From Acutalibacteraceae bacterium (lineage in GTDB: Bacteria > Bacillota > Clostridia > Oscillospirales > Acutalibacteraceae): 64,000 nucleotides of DNA. The notes beneath the pieces were generated by a model. It had not been told where the DNA came from. It saw only the letters and a list, made by a program, of their open reading frames with translations, and made no database searches. Made by a program: the position numbers and the translations under genes. The stretch spans positions 4,029 to 68,028 of the forward strand of contig JAZQJE010000031.1 of the NCBI GenBank assembly GCA_045541495.1, in the 5' to 3' direction. Below, piece after piece: positions 1-9,450 of this stretch (the stretch's first letter is position 1; each line of letters opens with the position of its first letter).

Positions 1-42
1 AAATCTGCCGCTACCTTGTAGCCGCTGATGAAATGTCTTTTC

Positions 43-468
43 TTATTTGGCAGCTCCTGCCTTGGGACGTTTCGCACCATACTTGGAGCGAGCCTGCATT
101 CTCTTCGCAACGCCCTGCGTATCGAGAGTTCCGCGGATGATGTGGTAACGCACACCGGGAACGTCCTTGACACGGCCGCCACGAATCAGCACGACGCTGT
201 GCTCCTGCAGGTTGTGGCCTTCGCCGGGAATGTAGGACGTAACCTCGATTCCGTTGGACAAACGCACACGGGCAACCTTACGCAGAGCGGAGTTCGGCTT
301 TTTGGGAGTCGATGTTTTCACCGCGGTGCACACGCCACGCTTTTGGGGAGAATTTTGGTCGGTAGCCACGCGCTTTTTGGAGTTCCAGCCTTTCAGCAGA
401 GCCGGCGCCTTGGCTTTCTTTTCCAGTTCTTCTCTTCCCTTGCGGACTAACTGGTTAAAGGTCGGCAA
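43..468 (-). CDS. rpsL: 30S ribosomal protein S12
   Basis: Full-length S12 signature ([12 protein letters not shown]...[18 protein letters not shown]...[17 protein letters not shown]). The ORF-track GTG at 477 lies inside the AGGAGGTG Shine-Dalgarno. TTG at 468 (gives MPTFNQL), 8 nt after the SD, is preferred. Confidence 0.95.
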   Translation of the reverse strand: MPTFNQLVRKGREELEKKAKAPALLKGWNSKKRVATDQNSPQKRGVCTAVKTSTPKKPNSALRKVARVRLSNGIEVTSYIPGEGHNLQEHSVVLIRGGRVKDVPGVRYHIIRGTLDTQGVAKRMQARSKYGAKRPKAGAAK

Positions 469-556
469 TCGTAACACCTCCTATTTATAATATGCGGGAA
501 CAATATCGATTTTTGGGCATACCTCACCCATAGTCGCTACTGCGCCACGGTTGTTA

Positions 557-585
557 ATTGTAACATGAGAAATTGCCGTTGTCAA
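557..585 (-). promoter_or_regulatory. sigma-A type promoter upstream of rpsL
   Basis: Minus strand reads TTGACA (585-580), 17 nt spacer, TACAAT (562-557), about 90 nt upstream of the rpsL start. Confidence 0.5.
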
Positions 586-643
586 GCGGTTTTGTCGGCT
601 TTTTTGCGGGGTTTTTCGAAACGATCGGCAACAAGAGTATCAG

Positions 644-673
644 TTGACAGTTTTGTGTCTTATCTGTTATAAT
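644..673 (+). promoter_or_regulatory. sigma-A type promoter for the polysaccharide operon
   Basis: TTGACA (644-649), 18 nt spacer, TGtTATAAT extended -10 (665-673), about 38 nt upstream of the GT2 ATG. Confidence 0.55.
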
Positions 674-710
674 AAATTATGTATAGACTTTTTTTGTAAG
701 GAGGTGTCGT

Positions 711-1694
711 ATGAAAACCGTCAGTGTCATTATGCCCCTCTATAATGTCGAGTCGTGTATGGATGCGGCCATTCGTTCGGTGCTGGAACAAACCTATCCT
801 CACTGGGAACTGATCTTGGTAGACGACGGCTCTCCCGACAACAGCGGTGTCAAAGCGGATGAATGGGCGGCGCGCTATCCCGACCGTATACGGGCTATTC
901 ACCAGCAAAACCGCGGTCAAGGCGGTGCCCGTAACACAGGTGTGGAATACGCTGCCGGCGACTACCTACTGTTTGTGGACAGTGACGACACCCTTGCCCC
1001 CAATCTGATGACAACCTGTCTTGATCTGGCAAAAGACAACACCGATGTGGTGGTATTTGAACACGATATCCGTCGTCCCGACGGCTCGTTGGTAAAAACC
1101 GTTAAAAGCCCCTTTTCTTTGCCACCCTGCGGCGATGTGCGGACAAATCGGGAATACTTGTTGGTGGCGGGTATGCCGTGGAACAAACTGTTCTCTGCCT
1201 CGTTTTATCGACAGGCAGCGTTGCAGTTCCCCGAAAAAGTGTGGTATGAAGATTTTATTCTGTGCACAAAACTGATGGCGTCGGCACACCACATCGTTTA
1301 TACCGACCGACCTCTATATCACTATTGTCTGCGTCCCGGCAGCACCATGCGCAATCAAAACACCAACCGCAACCGAGAGATCCTGACCGCTATGGACAAT
1401 ATTGTGGCGTTTTTTAAAGAACGAGGGTTAGAGCAGGCATTTGCCGACGAATTGTGTTGTTTGGCTATTGATAATGTGTATATCACCACTTCGTTGCGGC
1501 TCATTCGCATCGATCCGAAAGACCCGCTTGTCAAAGAGTTGCGCGCCTATATGCGTACTCGTTTCCCTGCCTATCGCCGCAATCCGTATCTGCACCGATT
1601 GTCGAAACAATATCTCTTAACGTTTCGCTTGTTAGAATGGCGGCTCGTTCCGCTCATTCGGTTGTTGACCACGATCAAAGATAAAAGAAGGTGA
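711..1694 (+). CDS. family 2 glycosyltransferase
   Basis: N-terminus VSVIMPLYNVESCMDAAIRSVLEQTYPHWELILVDDGSPDNS plus a downstream DSDD motif is typical GT-A/GT2. AAGGAGG RBS lies 6 nt upstream. Confidence 0.9.
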   Translation: MKTVSVIMPLYNVESCMDAAIRSVLEQTYPHWELILVDDGSPDNSGVKADEWAARYPDRIRAIHQQNRGQGGARNTGVEYAAGDYLLFVDSDDTLAPNLMTTCLDLAKDNTDVVVFEHDIRRPDGSLVKTVKSPFSLPPCGDVRTNREYLLVAGMPWNKLFSASFYRQAALQFPEKVWYEDFILCTKLMASAHHIVYTDRPLYHYCLRPGSTMRNQNTNRNREILTAMDNIVAFFKERGLEQAFADELCCLAIDNVYITTSLRLIRIDPKDPLVKELRAYMRTRFPAYRRNPYLHRLSKQYLLTFRLLEWRLVPLIRLLTTIKDKRR

Positions 1695-3142
1695 TCACCT
1701 TGACTCTCGCCAATACTCGTTATACAACCGTTGCCGATCGTCTGGAAACGGTTTTTAAAGTGTTGTTTTTTCTGTACGGCGCGTTGACCTTTAACTGCAT
1801 AACCTTCGGTACGATCGCCATTTCCGTGGTGATGTGGCCCACCTTTGCCTTGGGGGCATTACTATTGCTGTACCGCGCCGTGACATGGCGTCGTTTTCAC
1901 ACCCCCTATATGTGGGCGTTGGTCATTCTGTTAACGGCGGGGTGTGTATCGGTGCTCCTCAACTATCGCTATAATCTGAAAATGAACATCCTCTACATGA
2001 TCTGCTGGGCGTTTTATTTTTTGATATTGTACGTTCAACCGCATGAGCGGGTCATGGCCGCTTTGAAACGAGAACTGCATTTGTTTGCCACCTTATACAC
2101 GATTTTTACGGAAGTGTGCGTCGTTGTCAGTATCGTCATGTTGTTCAGCGGTTATTCTTTGCACGTAGAGTTTGAAGGCGGACGCTTGTTAGGTGGATTT
2201 GTGGATTCCCGCTTATACGGCATGTTCATCGACCCCAACGCCGGTGCTACCTGCGCGGCGGTGGCCGGTTTGTTTTTGGGCCATGCTCTTCGCCTGTACC
2301 GCTGTTGGTGGCAACGGACGTTACTGTTGCTTGGCGGTGCACTGAATTTGTTTTATATCGCCCTGTCCGATTCCCGCACCGGTATGGTGGTGTTGTTCGT
2401 GCTGGGCCTTATCTATACACTGTTGTATCTTCTACGCCGCCTGCAACATTTGCGGTTAGCACCGTTGTTGGCGGTGGCGGGAGCGGTCATCATCGGTATC
2501 GGGGGGCTGTGCGCGCCTACATTGGTGAAAACTATGTATAACCGCGGTGTGGCGTTGTTTGCCACCAACATGAGTGGTGGCACCCAAACCGACTCCGACA
2601 ATACCACCGACGATAAACGACAGGAGATCATCGATTCGTTGACCGTTCATCGGGACTACGATCTGAGCGGCGATATCTCCAACCGCCGTTTTTCCGTGTG
2701 GCGCAGTGGGCTGGAAATCTTTGCCACCCGCCCTCTGTTCGGCACCTCTTACGGCGGATTCACCGACTATGCCAAAGAGGCACTCCCCAACACCTATATT
2801 GTGAACAATGATCATGTGGATATGATCACCTTCGATAACGAAATCGTCAACGTTCTGGTCTCTACGGGTATAGCCGGTACGTTGCCGCTGTTGATTTTTG
2901 CAGTGGGGATCTTGCTGTTTATCCTGCGGCATTTCAACCGCATGGGTGACGGCTTGTATCCTTTGCTGAGCACTTCTTTGGCCGCTGTTTTCGGCATTGC
3001 GGCAAGTGCCATGTTCCGCACCGCTATGTTCTACTACATTTCGCCCAATGCCAATCTGTTCTGGACACTGCTTGGCATCATTGCCACCGTTTGTGCCCTG
3101 AACGCCAAACCGACAAAGCAAGGTGAATACGATGAAACATGA
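1691..3142 (+). CDS. O-antigen polymerase/ligase-like (Wzy-type) polytopic membrane protein
   Basis: About 10 predicted TM helices and a Wzy_C-like ALSDSRTGMVVL motif with a large external loop. The GTG start overlaps the GT2 stop (GTGA). Confidence 0.75.
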   Translation: MITLTLANTRYTTVADRLETVFKVLFFLYGALTFNCITFGTIAISVVMWPTFALGALLLLYRAVTWRRFHTPYMWALVILLTAGCVSVLLNYRYNLKMNILYMICWAFYFLILYVQPHERVMAALKRELHLFATLYTIFTEVCVVVSIVMLFSGYSLHVEFEGGRLLGGFVDSRLYGMFIDPNAGATCAAVAGLFLGHALRLYRCWWQRTLLLLGGALNLFYIALSDSRTGMVVLFVLGLIYTLLYLLRRLQHLRLAPLLAVAGAVIIGIGGLCAPTLVKTMYNRGVALFATNMSGGTQTDSDNTTDDKRQEIIDSLTVHRDYDLSGDISNRRFSVWRSGLEIFATRPLFGTSYGGFTDYAKEALPNTYIVNNDHVDMITFDNEIVNVLVSTGIAGTLPLLIFAVGILLFILRHFNRMGDGLYPLLSTSLAAVFGIAASAMFRTAMFYYISPNANLFWTLLGIIATVCALNAKPTKQGEYDET

Positions 3143-4118
3143 CATTGATCTGGTCATTACATGGGTGGACGGAAACGACCCCGCTTGGCAAGCGGCCAAA
3201 GCCGCCGCCATCGGCACTGCCGACGACGGTGGTACCGTTCGCTATCGGGATTGGGACCTGTTACCCTATCTGTTTCGCGGGATCGATACATTCCTACCGT
3301 TTATCCGCACTGTACATCTTGTCACGTGGGGGCATCTGCCATCATGGCTGAACACCAACGCGCCCCGTTTGCATATTGTGCGGCACGAAGACTATCTTCC
3401 CGAAGCCTACCGCCCCACCTTTAATTCCAACGCCATTGAACTGAATGTTCACCGTATCGAGGGGTTGGCGGAGCATTTTATCTACGCCAACGACGATATG
3501 TTTTTCCTGCGTCCTCTCTCCCCCGACTTCTTTTTTCAAAACGGTTTGCCGGTGGATGCCTGTGTGGAAGAAGCGCATCAGTTTTTCAGCGGCGCGATCG
3601 ACCATATCATCGGCAACAACTTATCGGTGATCAACACCCATTTCTCCAAAACGTCTGTTTTGAAACAACAGTGGCGGCAATGGTACTCTCCTCGTCAGGG
3701 GAAAGGACTGTTCAAAAACTTGTATATGTCGCCTTTTGCTTGCTTCGCGGGATTTTATAATCCCCACGTGCCTTTCGCCTATCGCAAAAGCACCTTTGAA
3801 GCGGTGTGGGCAGCGGAAGAGCAACGATTAGATCATACGTGCCGTCATACACTGCGCAGTATCGAGGATGTCAACCATTGGTTGTGCCGTTACTGGCAAT
3901 TTGTAACGGGTTCTTTTGCTCCTGCCGACCCGCGGCGCGGCCGTTTCTTCTCCATCGGGCGGGATGACGCGTTGATCGCCGATGCTATCCGCCATGCACA
4001 GTATCCCATGATCTGTTTAAACGACGACGATCCCGCGTTGGATTTTGAAACGGAAAAACAGACCTTACAACAGTTGTTTGAGCAGTTATTGCCGGAACCC
4101 TCCGCTTTTGAAAGGTGA
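3132..4118 (+). CDS. Stealth-family polysaccharide hexose-1-phosphate transferase
   Basis: Stealth CR1 (DIDLVITWVDGNDPAW) and CR2 (FIYANDDMFF) motifs. ATG at 3132 follows AAGGTGA by 6 nt; the ORF-track GTG at 3123 lies in the RBS. Confidence 0.85.
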   Translation: MKHDIDLVITWVDGNDPAWQAAKAAAIGTADDGGTVRYRDWDLLPYLFRGIDTFLPFIRTVHLVTWGHLPSWLNTNAPRLHIVRHEDYLPEAYRPTFNSNAIELNVHRIEGLAEHFIYANDDMFFLRPLSPDFFFQNGLPVDACVEEAHQFFSGAIDHIIGNNLSVINTHFSKTSVLKQQWRQWYSPRQGKGLFKNLYMSPFACFAGFYNPHVPFAYRKSTFEAVWAAEEQRLDHTCRHTLRSIEDVNHWLCRYWQFVTGSFAPADPRRGRFFSIGRDDALIADAIRHAQYPMICLNDDDPALDFETEKQTLQQLFEQLLPEPSAFER

Positions 4119-4126
4119 GATGACCT

Positions 4127-5173
4127 ATGAAACGCTATGTGATCCGTGAACAAGTGGGACAAGCTATGACCGCCGCCACCAAAGCCCACGCGGACGTGGA
4201 ACGGTTTTTATTGGACCGCGGGTATCAACGGTTGACCGTTCGCCTACACGACCTGTCGAAACAGGGATTTTCCGACAAATTGCGCCGCCATTGGCAATAC
4301 TTACAGGATTGGCTGAATATTTACTCGTCCGTGGAGCCCCGCTCCCTCTTGCTGATCCAATATCCCTTAAAACTCAACGCCCCGTTGAAAGAACAATTTC
4401 TCCGTTCTCTGCGAGAGAAAAAAGGCGTGAAAATCGTGTGCTTGATCCACGATCTGGAAACCCTGCGGGGGTTGGCGGGTCAAGGGCAAGAAAACGAAGA
4501 ACAACAGTTGGATACTATGAGCGATGCCATTATCTGTCATAACGATGCCATGAAAGCGTATCTGGTAGAAAGCGGTATCCCCGCTGAAAAACTGTTTGTC
4601 CTGGAACTGTTTGACTATGAGGCTCCCGCCGCACTTCCGCGGGAGGCCGTGCGGGGCAGTGTGATGGTGGCGGGAAATTTAGACCCGCAAAAAAGCGTTT
4701 ACGTTTACAATCTTCATCACATAACCGATATTCCCTTTGATCTGTACGGTGTCAATTACGACGATTCCGTTTCCCATGACAATATCCGTTATTGCGGCGC
4801 GTTCCCGCCGGAAGAACTCCCCCGCGCCATGGAAGGCGCTTTTGGGTTGGTATGGGACGGTACATCCATCGACACCTGTGCGGGTAATACGGGCAACTAC
4901 TTGCGCTATAATAACCCCCATAAACTGTCGCTGTATTTGGCGGCGGGGGTTCCCGTGATCGTGTGGGATCAATCCGCCGTGGCACCCTTCGTAAAACAAT
5001 ACGGCGTGGGAATGTGCGTTTCTTCTTTGAACGAGTTACCCGACCTCCTCTCCACCTTGCCCGCCGCCGATTACCGTACCATGACCCGCCGCGCCGCCTG
5101 GGTATCGAAAAAAATAACGACCGGCGCCTTTTTAAACCGCGTGATGGATGAAGTAGAGGATTATTTTCAATAG
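4127..5173 (+). CDS. putative glycosyltransferase (resembles sugar/galactofuranosyl transferases of Gram-positive EPS loci)
   Basis: C-terminal YLRYNNPHKLSLYLAAGVPVIVWDQSAVAPFV block resembles EPS-locus sugar transferases. Its position between Stealth and Wzx supports the call. Family assignment is from memory only. Confidence 0.5.
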   Translation: MKRYVIREQVGQAMTAATKAHADVERFLLDRGYQRLTVRLHDLSKQGFSDKLRRHWQYLQDWLNIYSSVEPRSLLLIQYPLKLNAPLKEQFLRSLREKKGVKIVCLIHDLETLRGLAGQGQENEEQQLDTMSDAIICHNDAMKAYLVESGIPAEKLFVLELFDYEAPAALPREAVRGSVMVAGNLDPQKSVYVYNLHHITDIPFDLYGVNYDDSVSHDNIRYCGAFPPEELPRAMEGAFGLVWDGTSIDTCAGNTGNYLRYNNPHKLSLYLAAGVPVIVWDQSAVAPFVKQYGVGMCVSSLNELPDLLSTLPAADYRTMTRRAAWVSKKITTGAFLNRVMDEVEDYFQ

Positions 5174-5197
5174 ATTATTAAAAGGGGGCGTGAAACA

Positions 5198-6643
5198 ATG
5201 AAATCGCCGTCTCTCAAACACAATTTCATGATGAACGCCTTGCTTACCATGTCGTCGTTCTTGTTTCCGCTCATTACGTTTCCGTACGTGTCGCGAATCT
5301 TGGGACCCGCCGGCAACGGTCGTGTGGCCTTCGCCACTTCGGTCATCTCGTATTTTTGTATGTTTGCCCAATTGGGAATCCCCACCTACGGTATCCGCGC
5401 TTGCGCGAAAGTGCGGGATAACAAGATTGCCCTCACCCGCACCATCCAGGAGATCTTTTTCATCAACATGGTCACGTCGCTCCTTACCTACGGGGTGTTT
5501 TTTGTGGCATTGTTTACCGTGCCACAACTGCAAGCGGACAAACCCCTGTTTCTCATTGTGAGCAGCACCATCTTGTTTAACGCCATCGGCATGGAATGGT
5601 TATACCGCGGATTGGAACAATATACCTACATCACCGTGCGTTCCCTGGTCTTCAAAGTTATCGGCATTGTCGCCATGTTTTTGTTGGTACACACCAAAGA
5701 GGATTACGTACTCTATGGCGCTGTCAGCATTTTCGCCGCGTCTGCATCGGCGGTGTGCAACTTTTTTCATGCTCATCGCCTTATCGGGTTTCGTCCCGTG
5801 GGCGGCTATCAGTTCAAACGGCATATCAAACCCATTCTGGTCTTTTTTGCCATGTCCTGCGCCGCAACGGTATACACCAACCTGGATACCGCCATGCTAG
5901 GCTTTATGAAAACCGATATGGATGTGGGGTATTATAACGCCGCCGTGAAGATCAAGATCATTTTGGTCAGCATCGTCACCTCACTGGGCACGGTATTACT
6001 CCCCCGCGCTTCGTATTATGCGGAAGAAGGCAAAACCGACGAAGTATTACGTATCACAAAAAAAGCCATGCAGTTCGTGGTGCTGGTGGCCGCCCCGTTG
6101 ACCTTGTATTTTATGTTGTTTGCCCGGCCGGGGATCTTATTGTTATCCGGCGATGCCTATTCCGGTTCCGTTCTCCCCATGCAGATCATCATGCCCACGC
6201 TACTGTTCATCGGCATGACCAATATTTTAGGGATGCAGATCTTGGTACCGCTGGGACGGGAAAAAAGTGTATTACTGTCCACCGCCGTCGGTGCTGTTGT
6301 CGATCTCATTCTCAACTTATTGCTGATTCCCTCCATGAGCGCGGCGGGTGCCGCTATCGGCACCGTGGTTGCGGAATTTGCCGTGTGGATCGTGCAATTG
6401 ATATTACTGCGGGAATGGGTATCTGCCATCTACCGCCCCATACGATACACACCCCTTTTGTTGGGAATGGCGGCGGCAACGGTCGGCAGTATTTGGGTAT
6501 ACATTTTGCCGCTTTCGCCTTTTCTCACCTTGTTGCTGTCGGCTATCCTGTTTTTCGGCATCTACAGCGGTACACTTTTGTTGATGAAAGAGCCGCTGAC
6601 ACGGGAACTGTTCTCACAAAGCCTTTCCAAACTAAAAAAATAA
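5198..6643 (+). CDS. wzx: Wzx-type oligosaccharide flippase (MOP superfamily polysaccharide biosynthesis protein)
   Basis: About 12-14 TM helices. The N-terminus NALLTMSSFLFPLITFPYVSRILGPAGNGRVAFATSV is typical of polysaccharide-biosynthesis flippases. Confidence 0.85.
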   Translation: MKSPSLKHNFMMNALLTMSSFLFPLITFPYVSRILGPAGNGRVAFATSVISYFCMFAQLGIPTYGIRACAKVRDNKIALTRTIQEIFFINMVTSLLTYGVFFVALFTVPQLQADKPLFLIVSSTILFNAIGMEWLYRGLEQYTYITVRSLVFKVIGIVAMFLLVHTKEDYVLYGAVSIFAASASAVCNFFHAHRLIGFRPVGGYQFKRHIKPILVFFAMSCAATVYTNLDTAMLGFMKTDMDVGYYNAAVKIKIILVSIVTSLGTVLLPRASYYAEEGKTDEVLRITKKAMQFVVLVAAPLTLYFMLFARPGILLLSGDAYSGSVLPMQIIMPTLLFIGMTNILGMQILVPLGREKSVLLSTAVGAVVDLILNLLLIPSMSAAGAAIGTVVAEFAVWIVQLILLREWVSAIYRPIRYTPLLLGMAAATVGSIWVYILPLSPFLTLLLSAILFFGIYSGTLLLMKEPLTRELFSQSLSKLKK

Positions 6644-6644
6644 A

Positions 6645-6677
6645 ACAAGCCCCACAGGCAACGCCTGTGGGGCTTGT
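6645..6677. terminator. bidirectional intrinsic terminator between wzx and degV
   Basis: Perfect hairpin ACAAGCCCCACAGGC-aac-GCCTGTGGGGCTTGT, flanked by A-run upstream and T-rich sequence downstream, between convergent genes. Confidence 0.8.
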
Positions 6678-6684
6678 TGTCTAC

Positions 6685-7539
6685 TTATTTCGTCATAAAC
6701 AAAATGCCGAGGGTGTTGGGACCGCAATGGGACGAAATAGTGCATCCCGCGCGAGTAATGAGAATCTCATCAAAGGTCATATACTGTTGTATCAATTCTT
6801 TCACCATGGCAATACGCTCATCGGAAATACCCGAATGGGTGATAAAAATACGGTTGGTGCGAATATCGGTGCGCCCTTCCAGTTTGTCTTGTACATACTG
6901 TTGCAATGCCTTTTCCAGCGAGCCGCGGTATTTTTTGCCGACACCCATACTGCCGTCAGCGTTGTTGACTTCGATGTTGATCTTCAGTTGCAATAAGTTG
7001 GCACCGAACATGGCCAGTGCCGAGCAACGGCCACCTTTGTGCAAAAATTCCAGCGTATCAATCACGAAACTGGCATGCACCTTATCGGTCAAAGCCTGCA
7101 CTTCTTCCGCCACTTGTTTGGCGGACATACCGGCGGCAATACGCTCGGCGGCTTCCAGCACCAACAGCCCGCTACCGGTGGAAAGGTTGCGGCTATCTAC
7201 CACATACAGTCCCGGCAACTCCAACGAAGCCAACCGACAGTTATTGTAAGACGCGGATAAAGCGGAGCCCAACGAAATGTATACCACTTCGCACCCGTCG
7301 TCAATAAAGGGTTTGCAAAAATCGATATATTCTGCCGTGTTGACCGCCGCCGTTTTGGGCAAGATCTTCTTTTCACGGTAAACGGCATAGATATCATCGG
7401 GAGCCAGGTCCACACCGTCACTGTAATTGTGCTCATCCAAAAGCACATGCAACGGATAGGTCACTATCCCGTATTGTTGTTTCAGTTCTTCACTTAGATC
7501 ACAGGTGCTGTCCGCACATAACACGACTTTCTTGGCCAT
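6685..7539 (-). CDS. DegV family fatty-acid-binding protein
   Basis: VVLCADSTCDLSEE N-terminus and overall DegV-like length (284 aa). GAGGAGG RBS lies 6 nt upstream. Confidence 0.85.
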   Translation of the reverse strand: MAKKVVLCADSTCDLSEELKQQYGIVTYPLHVLLDEHNYSDGVDLAPDDIYAVYREKKILPKTAAVNTAEYIDFCKPFIDDGCEVVYISLGSALSASYNNCRLASLELPGLYVVDSRNLSTGSGLLVLEAAERIAAGMSAKQVAEEVQALTDKVHASFVIDTLEFLHKGGRCSALAMFGANLLQLKINIEVNNADGSMGVGKKYRGSLEKALQQYVQDKLEGRTDIRTNRIFITHSGISDERIAMVKELIQQYMTFDEILITRAGCTISSHCGPNTLGILFMTK

Positions 7540-7642
7540 GTGTCAACCTCCTCACATTCTGTTTCGTATTTTAACACAAAATTGTCATAATTGCAAGAAT
7601 TTTAGGAATTGCCGCTTTTTGTAAAAACCTGTCGGTTTTCGG

Positions 7643-7671
7643 TTGAGTTTTCGCCGATGTTTCAGTATAAT
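7643..7671 (+). promoter_or_regulatory. sigma-A type promoter for the deacetylase gene
   Basis: TTGAGT (7643-7648), 17 nt spacer, TATAAT (7666-7671). Confidence 0.45.
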
Positions 7672-7703
7672 AATTCTATACGTACATGAAAGGAGGCGTT
7701 GTC

Positions 7704-8714
7704 ATGCAATACTATCGTGCCAAGCGAACACGATGCTTGCTTGTTGTGTTTATTATATTGACCTGTGTCGCCGTATTGATGGCAGGCGCCTTCTTCTACC
7801 AATGGTATTGTGCCCATGAACGTGTCAACGATACCCGCATCCAACTGCAAGCCATGCAGGAAAAACGAGATGCGCTCCAACAACAGTTATTGGAGTTGCA
7901 GGAACGCAGTTCCCAATTGCAGGCGGAACAACAATTGCAGATCGATGTGCTGGGGGAAGCACTGGGAAACGCCCGCCAAGAGATTGAAGAACTGGATAAC
8001 GCCATGGCGGCGCTTCAAGTGTCGGTGGGCGGTATGGCAGGGTCCACACCCGTTTATTTCACCCGTCCCGACTGCGAAACACAAGCCAAACTCATTGCCC
8101 TCACTTTTGACGACGGCCCTTCTTCCCTGCACACGCCCCGTTTGTTGGATGAACTGAAAAAGCGCGGTATTCACGCCACCTTTTTTGTGGTGGGGCGCAG
8201 TATTGCAGGGAACGAATCCATTCTTCAACGAATGCACGCCGAGGGACACGTCATCGGCAATCATTCCATGAATCACAAAAATCTGGCAACCGAATCCATC
8301 GACAGTGTGCGTTTGGAGTTGCAACAATGCTCCGATCTTGTGGAATCCGCCGTGGGCATTCGCCCCACCGTTGCCCGTATGCCCGGCGGCAATCTGGATG
8401 ACGAAACCCGTATCGTGCTGGCGGAATTGGGTCTGCCCGCCATCGGTTGGTCGGTGGATACCCGCGACTGGGAAAGCCGCAACATCGACGCCATCTTGAA
8501 AGAGACTTTCCGCAGCGGTCAGTATGGCGCACGAGACGGTGCCATCATTCTCATGCACGATGTATACGATACCACCATCGATGCTTCCCTGTTGATCATC
8601 GACCGTTTGTTAGAAGAGGGATACACCTTTGTCACCGTACCCGAACTCTTGGCGGCACGCAAATCCATCGTTCTCACCGGCGCCGTCTACTCTTCTGCTT
8701 TCCCTTTGACATAA
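7704..8714 (+). CDS. membrane-anchored polysaccharide deacetylase (NodB/CE4 domain) with coiled-coil linker
   Basis: NodB motifs LTFDDGP, GNHSMNH and LMHD. There is an N-terminal TM helix and a Q/L/E-rich coiled coil. AAGGAGG lies 7 nt before the ATG at 7704, and the ORF-track ATG at 7686 overlaps that RBS. Confidence 0.85.
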   Translation: MQYYRAKRTRCLLVVFIILTCVAVLMAGAFFYQWYCAHERVNDTRIQLQAMQEKRDALQQQLLELQERSSQLQAEQQLQIDVLGEALGNARQEIEELDNAMAALQVSVGGMAGSTPVYFTRPDCETQAKLIALTFDDGPSSLHTPRLLDELKKRGIHATFFVVGRSIAGNESILQRMHAEGHVIGNHSMNHKNLATESIDSVRLELQQCSDLVESAVGIRPTVARMPGGNLDDETRIVLAELGLPAIGWSVDTRDWESRNIDAILKETFRSGQYGARDGAIILMHDVYDTTIDASLLIIDRLLEEGYTFVTVPELLAARKSIVLTGAVYSSAFPLT

Positions 8715-8718
8715 GCAA

Positions 8719-8752
8719 GAGCCCCCGTCAATCCTTGCCGGGGGCTCCTTTT
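8719..8752. terminator. intrinsic terminator between convergent genes
   Basis: Hairpin GAGCCCCCG-N11-CGGGGGCTC followed by CTTTT. Confidence 0.6.
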
Positions 8753-9443
8753 ACAATTCGAAATGGGCGGCAAATCGCGGGAACAGCGGCACGAAATCCA
8801 CATGGTTTTCCAACCAGTTGCCGCATTTTCCGATGAGCCAACCGTTCACTAAAGCCATGAACAATGTCCCGATTCCTACGCCTACAAACTTGCCAAAAAA
8901 AAGCAACGTCATCGCACAGGATACTGCCAAACAGGATAGATCGAACACGGATTTGAATTTGGCGCGGGGGAACCCAAACCGTTTGCTGATCCCTTTCACG
9001 AAAAAGTCGTATACCTGCGGATATAAATACGAACCGAAAAACAATACCACAGAAAACGACGTCAGCAACATGCCCACCGCAAACAACAACAAGCGTAACG
9101 GCCAATCCATGCTGCCCGGCGGCGTAATAGCGGGATTGAAAAGCGGCACCACCATGCGCCAGGTATCCAGTATCCACCCATAGAGAAGGCAAGTGAGAAA
9201 CGAACTGAAATAGACGGTCTTTACCTTTTTCATCAGTAAACAAAACGCCACGAAAACAATAGCCTGTAACACATATTCGCTTTGCCCAAACGTGAGAAAG
9301 GGGATCTTTTCGCTGAGTATGTAGGCGGGTGCTACGATCATGGAAATCCCCAGATCGGCGGCGGTCAAAATGGATACCGCCAACGCCAGCAAGATATTCG
9401 CCAACAAATAAACCAATTCACTGTATATGCGTATTTTTTTCAC
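8751..9443 (-). CDS. YczE/YitT-like (DUF6198-type) membrane protein
   Basis: Polytopic membrane protein whose N-terminus LALAVSILTAADLGISMIVAPAYIL is typical of this family. GTG start 7 nt after the upstream stop. Function unknown. Confidence 0.55.
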   Translation of the reverse strand: MKKIRIYSELVYLLANILLALAVSILTAADLGISMIVAPAYILSEKIPFLTFGQSEYVLQAIVFVAFCLLMKKVKTVYFSSFLTCLLYGWILDTWRMVVPLFNPAITPPGSMDWPLRLLLFAVGMLLTSFSVVLFFGSYLYPQVYDFFVKGISKRFGFPRAKFKSVFDLSCLAVSCAMTLLFFGKFVGVGIGTLFMALVNGWLIGKCGNWLENHVDFVPLFPRFAAHFEL

Positions 9444-9450
9444 GGCTTTG

